Origin: an uncultured Planctomycetales bacterium
GTDB taxonomy: Bacteria; Omnitrophota; Gorgyraeia; Zapsychrales; CAYRXT01
Assembly: GCA_964428315.1 (NCBI GenBank)
Contig: CAYRXT010000009.1
Span: forward strand, 4,514-68,513
Length of the DNA stretch: 64,000 nt
Direction: 5' to 3'
The notes under the pieces were generated by a model that saw only the letters and a list, made by a program, of their open reading frames with translations, had not been told where the DNA came from and searched no databases. Positions 28,059 through 38,293 of this stretch are shown here, piece after piece. The translations under genes were made by a program, and so were the position numbers. How positions within the stretch are numbered: the first letter of the stretch is position 1; every line of letters starts with the position of its first letter.

Positions 28059-28502
28059 ATGCTGGAAGAGAAGATCCGCCAGGACTATATCCGGGCCATG
28101 AAGGAAAAAGATGCCCTTCGCTCCTCGACTTTGAGTCTTCTGAGGGCTCAGCTTAAAAATGTCTCTATCGAAAAAAGGAACGAAAAGCTCGAAGACCAGG
28201 ACATCCTTGCTGTGATCAAAAAGCAGGTTAAGCAGCGGGAGGACGCGATCGAACAGTTCGAAAAAGGAGGACGGAATGATCTGGCGGATAAAGAAAAAGC
28301 CGAACGGGATGTCCTCAAGGGCTACCTGCCTCCGGCATTGTCCCGGGAAGAGTTAAGTGCCCTTGTCGAAAAGGCCGTAGAGGAGACCGAAGCCTGCTCT
28401 TTAAAAGACATGGGAAAAGTCATGAAAAAGGTTCTGGATGAAGCCGCCGGACGTGCGGATAACCGGACCGTCAGTGATCTTGTCAGGAAAAGATTGGGGT
28501 AG
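28059..28502 (+). CDS. GatB/YqeY domain protein
   Basis: 147 aa with YIRAMKEKD, LSLLRAQL, VIKKQVKQREDAIE and GYLP, typical of YqeY. Confidence 0.7.
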   Translation: MLEEKIRQDYIRAMKEKDALRSSTLSLLRAQLKNVSIEKRNEKLEDQDILAVIKKQVKQREDAIEQFEKGGRNDLADKEKAERDVLKGYLPPALSREELSALVEKAVEETEACSLKDMGKVMKKVLDEAAGRADNRTVSDLVRKRLG

Positions 28503-28505
28503 GAC

Positions 28506-29315
28506 ATGTATTTGACGGGAAAGCGAAGTTTCACAAAAACCATTGCCAAGGCTATCTGTCTATGCATCGGAGTTCTTGTTATTATCCTGGCCGGTTTCGG
28601 TTTGTGGATGTCGGACAAGTATGCGGTACCGATCATGATGTATCACAGCGTTCATGTCGCCGATGATTCATCCGGAAACAGTGTGAGTCCGGAAAATTTT
28701 GAATGGCAGATGCGTTATCTGCACGAGAACGGATATACCGTCATTTCTCTCCAGAAACTGGTGGACTTGATTAGAACACAAGCCCCGTTAGATGAAAGAT
28801 ATGTGGTCATCACCTTCGATGACGGTTTTGAGGATAATTATACGCACGCCTTCCCGGTATTAAAACAATACGGCTTTCCGGCCGTCGTTTTTAGTTCGAC
28901 AAGCACGCTGGGACAGGAAGGCTGGCTGAAATGGTATCAGATTTTTGAAATGCAAAAAGAGGGCGTCACTATCGGAAGCCACACCGTCACTCAGGCCTAC
29001 CTGCCGGATTTGGAGGGGGCCGCACTCCGCCGTGAAATTATGGGCAGCAAGCGTGCCCTTGAAGCCAACCTGGGTGTCCCCGTCAAATACATGTCCTACC
29101 CTACCGGAGGATTCAGCGATGAGATCAAAGAGCTTGTCCGCGAAGCGGGGTATGAGGCCGCGTGCACGACAAACCGCGGCTATGATCGGCTTAACCGGGA
29201 CGTGTATGAGCTTAACCGCATCAAATTCGGAAACAAGGACATAAACGCGATGACCATGCGGGCCAAGCTGTCGGGTTATTATAATGCGTTCCGCGCCCTG
29301 AAAGCTCCGCACTGA
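28506..29315 (+). CDS. Polysaccharide deacetylase (CE4) family protein, membrane-anchored
   Basis: N-terminal TM helix and the NodB motifs ITFDDG and GSHTVTQ. Confidence 0.7.
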   Translation: MYLTGKRSFTKTIAKAICLCIGVLVIILAGFGLWMSDKYAVPIMMYHSVHVADDSSGNSVSPENFEWQMRYLHENGYTVISLQKLVDLIRTQAPLDERYVVITFDDGFEDNYTHAFPVLKQYGFPAVVFSSTSTLGQEGWLKWYQIFEMQKEGVTIGSHTVTQAYLPDLEGAALRREIMGSKRALEANLGVPVKYMSYPTGGFSDEIKELVREAGYEAACTTNRGYDRLNRDVYELNRIKFGNKDINAMTMRAKLSGYYNAFRALKAPH

Positions 29316-29464
29316 TCGTATCCGTCGGGCAAACCCGTTTATCCGGCACGGCAGGGTATGATTATTTTTAAGTTGGATAAAGCAGGTTGACACAGCTTTT
29401 CGCGCCAATCCGCGCCGTTTAAGAACAAGAGAAACGTTGGATTAAAACACGGAAGGGAAGCTTT

Positions 29465-32400
29465 ATGAAGAATCACCAGAATGATCGCTTCGGTCTGGAT
29501 GAGAAAGGCCGATTTGTCATCGACCAATATGACAGAAAAAAACCGTTCAGCAATTTTTTTCCGGGCATCAGCGGTTTATGGGGTATCCCGATGTGGGCCT
29601 TTTATACCAACCGCGGTCAATGCATCATGAGCTTCGGCATTGAAGGCAAAGACAAGTCCATCATGGAATTTCATCCGGCCAACAAGGCGTACCGTCGGGT
29701 TTCCACCCAGGGTTTCCGCAGTTTTTTGAAGGTGAGTACGGGCAGCCGGACTTTTTTTTACGAGCCTTTCCGTGAGCAAACCGCGTCGCCTGCTTTCCGG
29801 TGTCGGCGTTCCATGGCCATGTCGTCGCATGATCTCACGATCGAAGAATTCAATGAGACGCTGGGATTGAGCTTCCGGGTGAATTATTTCACGCTCCCGC
29901 AGGAGCCATTTGCGGGGCTGATCCGGCGCGTCCGGGTCTCGAATCATTCCCGTCGGCATTACGGGATTGAGCTGATCGACGGAATGCCTCAGATCGTTCC
30001 GTTTGGATACAATGATTTCCTCCTGAAACATCTGTCGCGGACGGTCGAGGCCTGGGTCCATGTCGAGAATATGGAAAAGAAAATGCCTTTTTTCCGGCTG
30101 AAGGTGGCCGTCTCGGACCGTCCCCAGGTCGATGAGATTTGCGAGGGGAATTTTTTCACGGCCTTTCACCAGACGGGAAAGAAAGCGAACTATCTGGAAA
30201 CGATTGTGAATCCCCTAAAAGTGTTCGGTATCAAAGAGGACCTTTCCTTTCCCGAACAGTTTTTCACCCCTGGTTCTTTCCGTATCCCCCGCGAACAGAA
30301 CGTCTTTAACACGATGCCGTGCGCCTTCAGCTATTCCCGGTGGAAGGCTGCCCCGCGTTCGGAAAAAGAGGTCCACACATTGATCGGACACGCGCACAGT
30401 GTCCAGGAGTTGAACCGCATCGTTCCGAACAGGCTCAGCGCGGCCTACATTGAAGAAAAATCCGCTGAAAACAGGGAGATCATCGATGGCATCAAGGATT
30501 ATGTCTGGACATCGAGTTCCTCCAGGATGTTTGACCTTTATTGCGGGCAGACGTTTCTGGATAACGTCCTGCGCGGAGGATTGCCTGTGTCGATGGAAAC
30601 ACATGACAAGGAGGTGTTCTTTAACGTTTTCAGCCGAAAGCACGGAGATCCTGAACGCGACTACAATCATTTTGTATTGACGCCGACCTATTTTTCCCAG
30701 GGCGAGGGTAATTACAGGGATGTCAACCAGAACCGCCGCAATGATGTCTGGTTTCATCGTTCCGTCAAGGAGAGTGCGATCGCCAACTTTCTGAACCTTG
30801 TTCAGGCGGACGGTTATAACCCGCTCGTCGTCCAGGGCACTTCTTTTTTTCCGGAAGAAGACGCGGATCCGGATGCGTTTCTCAAAGTTCATTTGGGGGA
30901 CAAACCGGACCCGCAGATCAAAGAGATCATCCGGGAAGGATTCGCGCCGGGCGATTTGTTGAAGACCATCGAGGAGAAAAAAATCCGTTTCAAGACTTCC
31001 CGCAAGGCCTTCCTCAAGGATCTTTTCTCGTCTTGCCGCAAGCGGGAATTGGCCCGCTACGGGGAAGGATTCTGGAGTGATCACTGGACATATAATCTTG
31101 ATCTTATCGAACAATTCCTCAAACTCTATCCAGAACGGCTTAAAGAAGTTCTTTTCGAAAACCGCGAGATGACCTTCTATCATAACGACCACTTTGTGCG
31201 TCCGCGGGAAGGACGTTATATCCTGACCCCGCGAGGATGCCGGCAGTATCACTCCGTGGCCGACGGAAGCGGTGAGATCCGGGTCGAGAAGGATCACATG
31301 CTGCGGATCCATAACGGAGACGGTCCGATTTATCATACGACCTTGCTTGTCAAGCTGCTGTGCCTGATCGCCAATAAGGCGGCCACCCTTGATCCAAGCG
31401 GGCTCGGGATCGAAATGGAGGCCGACAAACCGAACTGGTACGACGCCCTGAACGGATTGCCGGGGCTCATGGGGTCATCCATAAGCGAGACCTTTGAATT
31501 GCATCGTCTCTGCCGGTTTTTGTGCGGGGCCCTGGATGAGGCCGGGGTGCAAGATGATCATGAATTTGAGATATTCGAAGAACTCTTTGAGTTCATCAAG
31601 GACCTTTCGGACATCCTGGATCATCGTCCCGATGAATTAACGTATTGGAACCGGGCGAACGAAGTCAAAGAGCATTACCGTTCGCGCGTCAGGCAGGGTC
31701 TGGACGGAAAGCAGAAACATGTAACCCGGCGGGACGTAACAACTTTTTTGACTCTGGTCATGGAAAGGACCCAGAAGGCCGTCAGGTTAACCTGTAAGAA
31801 GGGGGGGCGTTTACCGACCTATTTTACGCATGAAGTTATCCGGTATGAACGGCTGGACAAGATCAGTCCCCAGGGATTCCCTTATATCTGGCCTCTCAAA
31901 TTCAAAAGACATGATCTCCCCGTTTTTCTGGAAGGTTTTGTGCACGCTATGCGCGTTGAACGGAATCCGGCCAGACTGAAAAATCTCTATAACGCGGTCC
32001 GGCAGTCAGAGTTGTACGACAAGAAACTGAAGATGTACCGGGTCAACGGTGACCTGAGCGGTGAATCTCCGGAAATTGGCCGAGCGCGCATATTCCCGCC
32101 GGGATGGCTGGAGAACCAGTCCGTCTGGCTTCACATGGAATACAAATTCCTTTTGGAACTGCTCAAAGGAGGCTTGTATGACGAATTTTACAACAATTTG
32201 CCTCAAACCCTTGTCCCGTTTCTCAAGCCCGAGCGGTATGCGAGGAGCACTTTGGAGAACTCCTCCTTTATCGTGAGCAGCGTCCACCCCAACGAGGACC
32301 AGCACGGCCAGGGATTTGTCTCCCGTCTGAGCGGTTCCACGGCGGAGATTGTCCATATGTGGCTCATCATGAACATCGGTCCGACGCCTTTCCGGATGAA

Positions 32401-32734
32401 CGGCAAGAGGGAGTTGACTTTGACATTTCAGCCTGTCCTGGCAGGATGGTTGTTCACTAATAAGGGCAAACGCCAAATCTTGCCGAATAACAAAGCCGTG
32501 TCGCTTCCCAAGAACACCTATGCCTTCATGCTTCTGGGTACGGTACCGGTTGTTTATCACAACCCGCGGAGACTGAATACTTATGGCGCAAAGGCCGCCC
32601 GGATCGGACGGATCGATTTGCACTACCACCATCATAATAAAACGGTGAGTGTGGATGGCGCGGTTTTGGAGGCGCCTTACGCGGAAGATGTCCGGCAGGG
32701 ACAAGTGGCCCGGATTGACGTGTATTTCCGCTGA
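29465..32734 (+). CDS. Large (1089 aa) putative glycoside phosphorylase/hydrolase, GH94-like (alpha/alpha)6 superfamily
   Basis: Its size is comparable to beta-1,2-oligoglucan phosphorylases. PNWYDALNG resembles the GH94 catalytic-acid motif DWND(C/G)LN. The family assignment is tentative. Confidence 0.35.
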   Translation: MKNHQNDRFGLDEKGRFVIDQYDRKKPFSNFFPGISGLWGIPMWAFYTNRGQCIMSFGIEGKDKSIMEFHPANKAYRRVSTQGFRSFLKVSTGSRTFFYEPFREQTASPAFRCRRSMAMSSHDLTIEEFNETLGLSFRVNYFTLPQEPFAGLIRRVRVSNHSRRHYGIELIDGMPQIVPFGYNDFLLKHLSRTVEAWVHVENMEKKMPFFRLKVAVSDRPQVDEICEGNFFTAFHQTGKKANYLETIVNPLKVFGIKEDLSFPEQFFTPGSFRIPREQNVFNTMPCAFSYSRWKAAPRSEKEVHTLIGHAHSVQELNRIVPNRLSAAYIEEKSAENREIIDGIKDYVWTSSSSRMFDLYCGQTFLDNVLRGGLPVSMETHDKEVFFNVFSRKHGDPERDYNHFVLTPTYFSQGEGNYRDVNQNRRNDVWFHRSVKESAIANFLNLVQADGYNPLVVQGTSFFPEEDADPDAFLKVHLGDKPDPQIKEIIREGFAPGDLLKTIEEKKIRFKTSRKAFLKDLFSSCRKRELARYGEGFWSDHWTYNLDLIEQFLKLYPERLKEVLFENREMTFYHNDHFVRPREGRYILTPRGCRQYHSVADGSGEIRVEKDHMLRIHNGDGPIYHTTLLVKLLCLIANKAATLDPSGLGIEMEADKPNWYDALNGLPGLMGSSISETFELHRLCRFLCGALDEAGVQDDHEFEIFEELFEFIKDLSDILDHRPDELTYWNRANEVKEHYRSRVRQGLDGKQKHVTRRDVTTFLTLVMERTQKAVRLTCKKGGRLPTYFTHEVIRYERLDKISPQGFPYIWPLKFKRHDLPVFLEGFVHAMRVERNPARLKNLYNAVRQSELYDKKLKMYRVNGDLSGESPEIGRARIFPPGWLENQSVWLHMEYKFLLELLKGGLYDEFYNNLPQTLVPFLKPERYARSTLENSSFIVSSVHPNEDQHGQGFVSRLSGSTAEIVHMWLIMNIGPTPFRMNGKRELTLTFQPVLAGWLFTNKGKRQILPNNKAVSLPKNTYAFMLLGTVPVVYHNPRRLNTYGAKAARIGRIDLHYHHHNKTVSVDGAVLEAPYAEDVRQGQVARIDVYFR

Positions 32735-32788
32735 TCCCCTGCACATCAAACGAACTCATGTCATAATGATTTAAAACGGAGGTCGATT

Positions 32789-33784
32789 ATGGCAAGTCAG
32801 GATATTACCGCTCTTAACGCCAAAGTCAAAAAAGAGAACGCCTTTCTCGAGGCCCTGTTTGTGGAAATGGAAAAGGTGATCGTGGGGCAAAAAAGCCTCT
32901 TGGAACGCCTGCTGGTCGGGCTTCTGGCCAACGGTCATATACTCATTGAAGGCGTTCCCGGTCTTGCGAAGACGATGGCCGTGAAAACTCTTTCCTCCGT
33001 CATTCGGACCAGATTTCAGCGTATCCAGTTTACGCCTGATATGCTTCCGGCCGACCTGACCGGCACCTTGATCTATGAGCAGAAGACCGGGAATTTTTTC
33101 ACGAAAAAAGGCCCTATTTTTGCCAATATCATCCTGGCGGACGAGATCAACCGATCGCCGGCCAAGGTGCAAAGCGCGCTACTTGAGGCCATGCAGGAGA
33201 GGCAGGTCACGATCGGGGAGCAGACGCTTCCCTTAGAGGAACCGTTTTTGGTCCTGGCGACACAGAACCCTATTGAACAGGAGGGCACGTATCCTCTGCC
33301 CGAGGCCCAGGTTGACCGCTTTATGCTTAAGGTCAAAGTGGGATATCCTTCCAAAGAGGAGGAGCTGAAGATCCTACGGCGGATGTCTTTCACCTATAAG
33401 AAGATTGCCGTGCAGCCCATCGTGACCCCCGAGGATATCCTCCGGGCCAGGAGCGTAGTGGATGAAATCTACATGGATGAGAAGATCGAACAATATATCG
33501 TTGATATTGTGGAGGCGACACGGCATCCGCAGACATGCCATTTGGAAGATATCGTTCCGCTTATTCAGTATGGCGCGTCTCCCCGGGCTACCATCTCTTT
33601 GACACTGGCCTCCAAGGCCTACGCCTTTTTGCAGGGGCGGGGATACGTCACGCCGCAAGATGTCAAATCCATCGGGATGGATGTCCTGCGACACAGGTTG
33701 ATTATCAGCTATGAAGCCGAGGCGGAGGAAAAGACATCGGAAGATTTAATCCAGCGTATTTTTGACAAAGTGGAAGTCCCTTGA
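32789..33784 (+). CDS. MoxR-family AAA+ ATPase
   Basis: Walker A in GVPGLAKT, Walker B in ILADEINR, and a MoxR-like C-terminal region. Confidence 0.9.
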   Translation: MASQDITALNAKVKKENAFLEALFVEMEKVIVGQKSLLERLLVGLLANGHILIEGVPGLAKTMAVKTLSSVIRTRFQRIQFTPDMLPADLTGTLIYEQKTGNFFTKKGPIFANIILADEINRSPAKVQSALLEAMQERQVTIGEQTLPLEEPFLVLATQNPIEQEGTYPLPEAQVDRFMLKVKVGYPSKEEELKILRRMSFTYKKIAVQPIVTPEDILRARSVVDEIYMDEKIEQYIVDIVEATRHPQTCHLEDIVPLIQYGASPRATISLTLASKAYAFLQGRGYVTPQDVKSIGMDVLRHRLIISYEAEAEEKTSEDLIQRIFDKVEVP

Positions 33785-33865
33785 TCCGTCTCCGCCTTCA
33801 TGCTGCGGATGCAAGTCCGAAGTTAAAAAGAGCGGATCAACGAGATTTCGCCGAAGAAATACTAG

Positions 33866-34822
33866 ATGCCACGAGCGCAACCTCGGGCAGCTTCATTCTC
33901 GCGGTTTATGATCCCTAGAGACATTCTCAAAAATATCCGGCGTATCGAGATCACGTCATCCCGGCTGGTTACGGATGTGTTCGCGGGACAGTATCACAGC
34001 GTGTTCAAAGGCCGCGGGATGGAATTCGACGAGGTCCGCGAATACCAGATGGGCGACGACGTGCGGATGATTGACCGCAATGTCACCGCCCGGACGGGCC
34101 GGCCGCATGTGAAAAAGTATGTCGAGGAGAGAGAGATGACGGTCATGGTCCTCGTCGATCTTTCAAGTTCATGCCATTTTGGGAGCGTCCGCTGCCTGAA
34201 AAATAAACTGGCCGCCGAACTGGCTGCCGTCCTGGCGTTTTCTGCCGTCCGCAACAATGATAAAGTCGGGCTGATACTTTTTACCGACCGCGTGGAAAAG
34301 TTTATTCCGCCGCGAAAAGGTTTGCGGCATGTCCTGCGCGTTATCCGGGAGGTCCTTTATTACCGGCCCCGGGGCATCAGCACGGATATAGCCGCGGCCT
34401 TGGATTTTCTCAACAAGGTCACAACCCGGCGCTCCGTGGCCTTTCTTATTTCTGATTTCCTTGAGCCGGGCATGACCCAGGACGCCTATCTGAAGGGAGA
34501 CTATCGTTTCCGGAATGCCCTGACCGTGGGTAACAGGCGCCATGATATTATCGCCGTGACGTTAACCGATCCCCGAGAATGGGATATGCCGCCCTGCGGC
34601 TTGGTCGTCCTTGACGATGCCGAGACCGGGCACAGCGGGATAGTCGACACCACTGATCCGGTTTTCCGCCGGCGTTACCGGGATACCGCCGTCCGCCGTT
34701 TGAACAGCCGGAAGACATTTTTTGGCGCTTTGGGCATTGACCACATCGACATTTATACTCATGAGCCTTACACCCGGGAGATCGTCAAGTTTTTCAAGAA
34801 GAGGCAAAGGAAGATCCTTTGA
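33866..34822 (+). CDS. DUF58 domain protein, the MoxR-associated VWA-like partner
   Basis: FKGRGMEFDEVREYQMGDDVRMIDRN and VLVDLSSS are typical of DUF58. The start could instead be the ATG at 33908. Confidence 0.8.
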   Translation: MPRAQPRAASFSRFMIPRDILKNIRRIEITSSRLVTDVFAGQYHSVFKGRGMEFDEVREYQMGDDVRMIDRNVTARTGRPHVKKYVEEREMTVMVLVDLSSSCHFGSVRCLKNKLAAELAAVLAFSAVRNNDKVGLILFTDRVEKFIPPRKGLRHVLRVIREVLYYRPRGISTDIAAALDFLNKVTTRRSVAFLISDFLEPGMTQDAYLKGDYRFRNALTVGNRRHDIIAVTLTDPREWDMPPCGLVVLDDAETGHSGIVDTTDPVFRRRYRDTAVRRLNSRKTFFGALGIDHIDIYTHEPYTREIVKFFKKRQRKIL

Positions 34823-35418
34823 TGAATCATCCGTTTCTCAAAGCGTTCATCACAGCGCCCGTTTTGTCCGTCTTTTTCCCGGGCGATGTCAGCGCGCAGG
34901 AGCTGCGTGACATAAGAGGCCCGGTGGGATTGCCGTTCCCCTTTGTGCCTTTTATTCTTCTCGTCGTTGTTTTGACTCTCGCGGCAGGCGCTTTTTTCCT
35001 ATGGCGGCTGAGGAGAAGGAGGGAGGATCAAGGGGGGGCGGAGCCGGCCGCGCGATCTTTTGATGAAATCGCCCGCGAACGCCTGCGGCTTCTTTTTGAG
35101 CGTCAATGGCCACGGCAGGGTAAGATCAAAGAATACTATTCCGAATTATCGGATATTGTCCGCCGTTACATTGAAGGCCGCTATTCGATCAGGGCCACGG
35201 AGATGACGACAGAGGAGTTTCTTCAACATATCCGGGAGACGGATGTTTTGGAAACACGTCACAAGGTTCTTCTTGAGGAATTCCTCAGGTCGTGCGATAT
35301 GGTCAAGTTTGCCAGATACGGTCCGACGATGGAAGAGATGGAGGAGGGTTTCCGCCGGGCCGGGGCTTTTGTCGATCAAACCGCGCTCAAGGAACAGCCG
35401 GCGGGAGAACAACCATAA
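34819..35418 (+). CDS. Hypothetical membrane protein of the Bat operon (DUF4381-like)
   Basis: One TM helix. It occupies the position between DUF58 and batA, as in Bacteroides aerotolerance operons. Confidence 0.4.
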   Translation: MMNHPFLKAFITAPVLSVFFPGDVSAQELRDIRGPVGLPFPFVPFILLVVVLTLAAGAFFLWRLRRRREDQGGAEPAARSFDEIARERLRLLFERQWPRQGKIKEYYSELSDIVRRYIEGRYSIRATEMTTEEFLQHIRETDVLETRHKVLLEEFLRSCDMVKFARYGPTMEEMEEGFRRAGAFVDQTALKEQPAGEQP

Positions 35419-35428
35419 GGGCCAGCAT

Positions 35429-36421
35429 ATGATTTTCCGATCCCCCTGGATCCTGTCTTTATTCGTATTGCTTCCTTTCGTATTCGCTTTGAACCGGCGG
35501 AGGCCTCTGCCCGCTTTCCGTTTTTCGAGTCTTGCGTTCACCGGTTATCCCCGTGCCGGATGGCGCCTGCGGCTGTTCCCCTGCCTCTTTTTTTTGCGGT
35601 TCGCCGCCGCAGCCCTTGTGATCGTGGCCCTCGCCGGTCCAAGGCGGATCCTGAAAGAGGTCAATATCCCCTCGGAAGGGATTGATATCGTTTTGGCCAT
35701 TGACGCTTCGGGAAGCATGGCGGCGGAGGATTTCAGGCTTAATGGACAGAGGTACAACCGCTTGACGGTCGTCAAAGACGTGGTCCAGGATTTTATCGTC
35801 CAGCGTAGGTCCGACCGGCTGGCCTTGGTGGCTTTTGCCGGACGGGCCTATACGGTGTGTCCCCTGACGACCGATTACACCTGGTTGGAGAAGAATCTTG
35901 AGAGGATCGATCTGGGTATTATCGAGGACGGGACCGCCGTGGGTTCCGCTATTGCATCGTCTTTGAGCCGGCTGGAAAACAGCCGCGCCAAGAGCCGTGT
36001 CATTATACTGTTGACCGACGGGGTGAATAACGCCGGCAAGATCGATCCGGTCACGGCGGCAAAAACAGCCGCGGCCCTGGGTGTGAAGATCTATACCATC
36101 GGCGCCGGGACAAAAGGTCCGGTGCCCTTTCCGGTTAAAGATCCATGGGGGAGGACGGTTTACCGCCGGGTCCAGATCGAGCTTGACGAAAAGGCGCTTA
36201 AGGAGATTGCCCGTTTAACGGAGGGCGAATATTTTGTGGCTACCGATACGGAGTCGTTACGCCGTGTCTACCAAGAAATAGACGCCATGGAAAAGACCCT
36301 CATCGAGAAGAGCGGGTATAAGGAATATGAAGAATTGTTCCCGTATTTTCTTTTTCCGGCTATGGGGATGCTGCTGTTAGAGATCATTTTATCCCGGACT
36401 GTTTTTTTGAGGATTCCCTGA
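35429..36421 (+). CDS. batA: VWA domain protein BatA
   Basis: Two N-terminal TM helices and a VWA domain with the MIDAS motif DASGSM. The ATG at 35429 is in frame within the longer track ORF that starts at 35243. Confidence 0.75.
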   Translation: MIFRSPWILSLFVLLPFVFALNRRRPLPAFRFSSLAFTGYPRAGWRLRLFPCLFFLRFAAAALVIVALAGPRRILKEVNIPSEGIDIVLAIDASGSMAAEDFRLNGQRYNRLTVVKDVVQDFIVQRRSDRLALVAFAGRAYTVCPLTTDYTWLEKNLERIDLGIIEDGTAVGSAIASSLSRLENSRAKSRVIILLTDGVNNAGKIDPVTAAKTAAALGVKIYTIGAGTKGPVPFPVKDPWGRTVYRRVQIELDEKALKEIARLTEGEYFVATDTESLRRVYQEIDAMEKTLIEKSGYKEYEELFPYFLFPAMGMLLLEIILSRTVFLRIP

Positions 36422-36422
36422 T

Positions 36423-37421
36423 ATGAGGTTTGTCTCTCCCCAATCCGGTTATCTGTTCATGGCCGTTGCGGCCGTGGCGGTCTTCATTTATTTATCCGTC
36501 CGCCGCCGCAGAAGGAACATGACGCAATTCGTGGCGACAGAATTTCATGAAGACATGGCGCCTTCGGTGCAAAGGCGGAATATGACGTGGAAGAACATGC
36601 TGCTCGTCGCGGCCTTTGTCTTCGCTGTTTTGGCCCTTATGCGCCCCCAGTGGGGTTTTCACTGGCAGGAGGTCAAGCGCCAAGGGCTCGACATCTTTGT
36701 GGCGGTCGACGTTTCTAGGAGCATGCTTACGGAAGACATCCGTCCCAACCGTCTCGAACGATCAAAACTGGCCGTCCGGGACCTTGTTAAAAAATTGCGG
36801 GGTGACCGCATCGGGCTTATCGCGTTTGCCGGCAAGGGATTTTTGGTCTGCCCTCTGACGGTGGATTATAAGGGATTCCTTTTGACCTTGGATGACCTTT
36901 CCCCGGAAGTCATCCCCAAGGGCGGGACCAATCTCGCCGATGCGATCGACAAGGCCCTGCGGGATTATGCGGAAGTCCCCGGCCAATATAAGACGCTCAT
37001 CATGATCACCGACGGAGAGAATCTGCAGGGAAATCCCCTTGCGCGGGCCGAGGCCGCGGCTGAAGCGGGGGTGCGCATTTTTTGTGTCGGCGTCGGCACA
37101 CGGAAAGGCGAACTGATCCGCGTCACGGGGCCGGACGGCAGCTCTTCCTTTCTGAAAGATGCGGAGGGTCAGTATGTCAAGTCCAGGCTCAATGAAGCAC
37201 TGCTGCAAAAGATCGCCTTAGCCACGGGAGGCATGTATGTGCGCGCCAGCGGCGCCGAATTCGGCCTTGAGCTGATCTACGACCAGAGGCTCGCGCAACT
37301 GGAGCGAAGAGAGATTGAGGGGAAGATGAAAAAGATTTATCATGAACGATATCAGATCCCCCTGGGCCTGTTCCTTGTCTGTCTGTTGGGTGAGATGCTA
37401 ATCCCGGAGAGAAAGGGATGA
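36423..37421 (+). CDS. batB: VWA domain protein BatB
   Basis: TM helices and a VWA domain with the MIDAS motif DVSRSM. A C-terminal TM helix. Confidence 0.75.
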   Translation: MRFVSPQSGYLFMAVAAVAVFIYLSVRRRRRNMTQFVATEFHEDMAPSVQRRNMTWKNMLLVAAFVFAVLALMRPQWGFHWQEVKRQGLDIFVAVDVSRSMLTEDIRPNRLERSKLAVRDLVKKLRGDRIGLIAFAGKGFLVCPLTVDYKGFLLTLDDLSPEVIPKGGTNLADAIDKALRDYAEVPGQYKTLIMITDGENLQGNPLARAEAAAEAGVRIFCVGVGTRKGELIRVTGPDGSSSFLKDAEGQYVKSRLNEALLQKIALATGGMYVRASGAEFGLELIYDQRLAQLERREIEGKMKKIYHERYQIPLGLFLVCLLGEMLIPERKG

Positions 37422-38293
37422 AAAAAAAATTTGTATTTGTTATAATCGTGTTGATTTCTGCGGGGTCGGCCGAGGGGGCTTCTCCCCGGACGCTTGTCCG
37501 CCGGGGAAACGAACTCTTTCAACAAGAAGAGTACGACAAGGCCCTGGGGATGTATGAGAAGGCCCTCAAAGAGGATCCCGAATCGCCTGTTGTCAATTTT
37601 GATATCGGGACGGTTTTATACAAAAATGAAGAATATGCCGCGGCGGGACGTCATTTCAATGCCGCCTTGTTAAGTGAAGACGAGAGGATCCGGCAGAATG
37701 CCCATTATAATCTTGGGAATACCCATTATCATTTAGGCCTGGAAAAAGAAGACGAGGCGCCCACGCAGGCCATGCATCATTTTGAAAACGCCCTTACGCA
37801 TTACGAGCGGGCCCTGGCTGAAGACCCCTCGGATGAAGATGCGCAATATAATCGGGAGATCGTGAAAAAGGAACTCGAACGGTTAAAGGAGAAATTGGAA
37901 AAACAAAAACAGCAGGATACACGCCAGGAAGAACAGAAGAAAGAACAACCGGAAGAGGAGAAGGAAAAACAGCGGGAAGAGCAGGAGATGTCCTCACAGC
38001 CGCAGGAGAAGAATACCGAGAAAAAGACCGAAGGGAAACAGGACAAGGAGTCAACAAAAGAAGACGGCAAGCCTCTTGACCGACAAAATCTCCGGTGGGA
38101 CGGGAACACAGAGGGCCGTCCCGCAGGGGGAGAGGATGATGAAGAGGGTGACGGTGAAAGGGAAGGCATGTCGAAACGGGAGGCCCGGACTCTTTTGGAA
38201 AGTTATCAACAAAGCGAGGAGCCGGAACGCCTGTTGAATTTCGAACTATTGAAACAGAAGAGGTCGTTTGAAGATGTCGAGAAAGATTGGTAA
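37418..38293 (+). CDS. batC: TPR-repeat protein BatC with an acidic, low-complexity C-terminus
   Basis: Signal peptide, TPR-like repeats and a long E/K-rich tail. Confidence 0.65.
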   Translation: MKKKFVFVIIVLISAGSAEGASPRTLVRRGNELFQQEEYDKALGMYEKALKEDPESPVVNFDIGTVLYKNEEYAAAGRHFNAALLSEDERIRQNAHYNLGNTHYHLGLEKEDEAPTQAMHHFENALTHYERALAEDPSDEDAQYNREIVKKELERLKEKLEKQKQQDTRQEEQKKEQPEEEKEKQREEQEMSSQPQEKNTEKKTEGKQDKESTKEDGKPLDRQNLRWDGNTEGRPAGGEDDEEGDGEREGMSKREARTLLESYQQSEEPERLLNFELLKQKRSFEDVEKDW

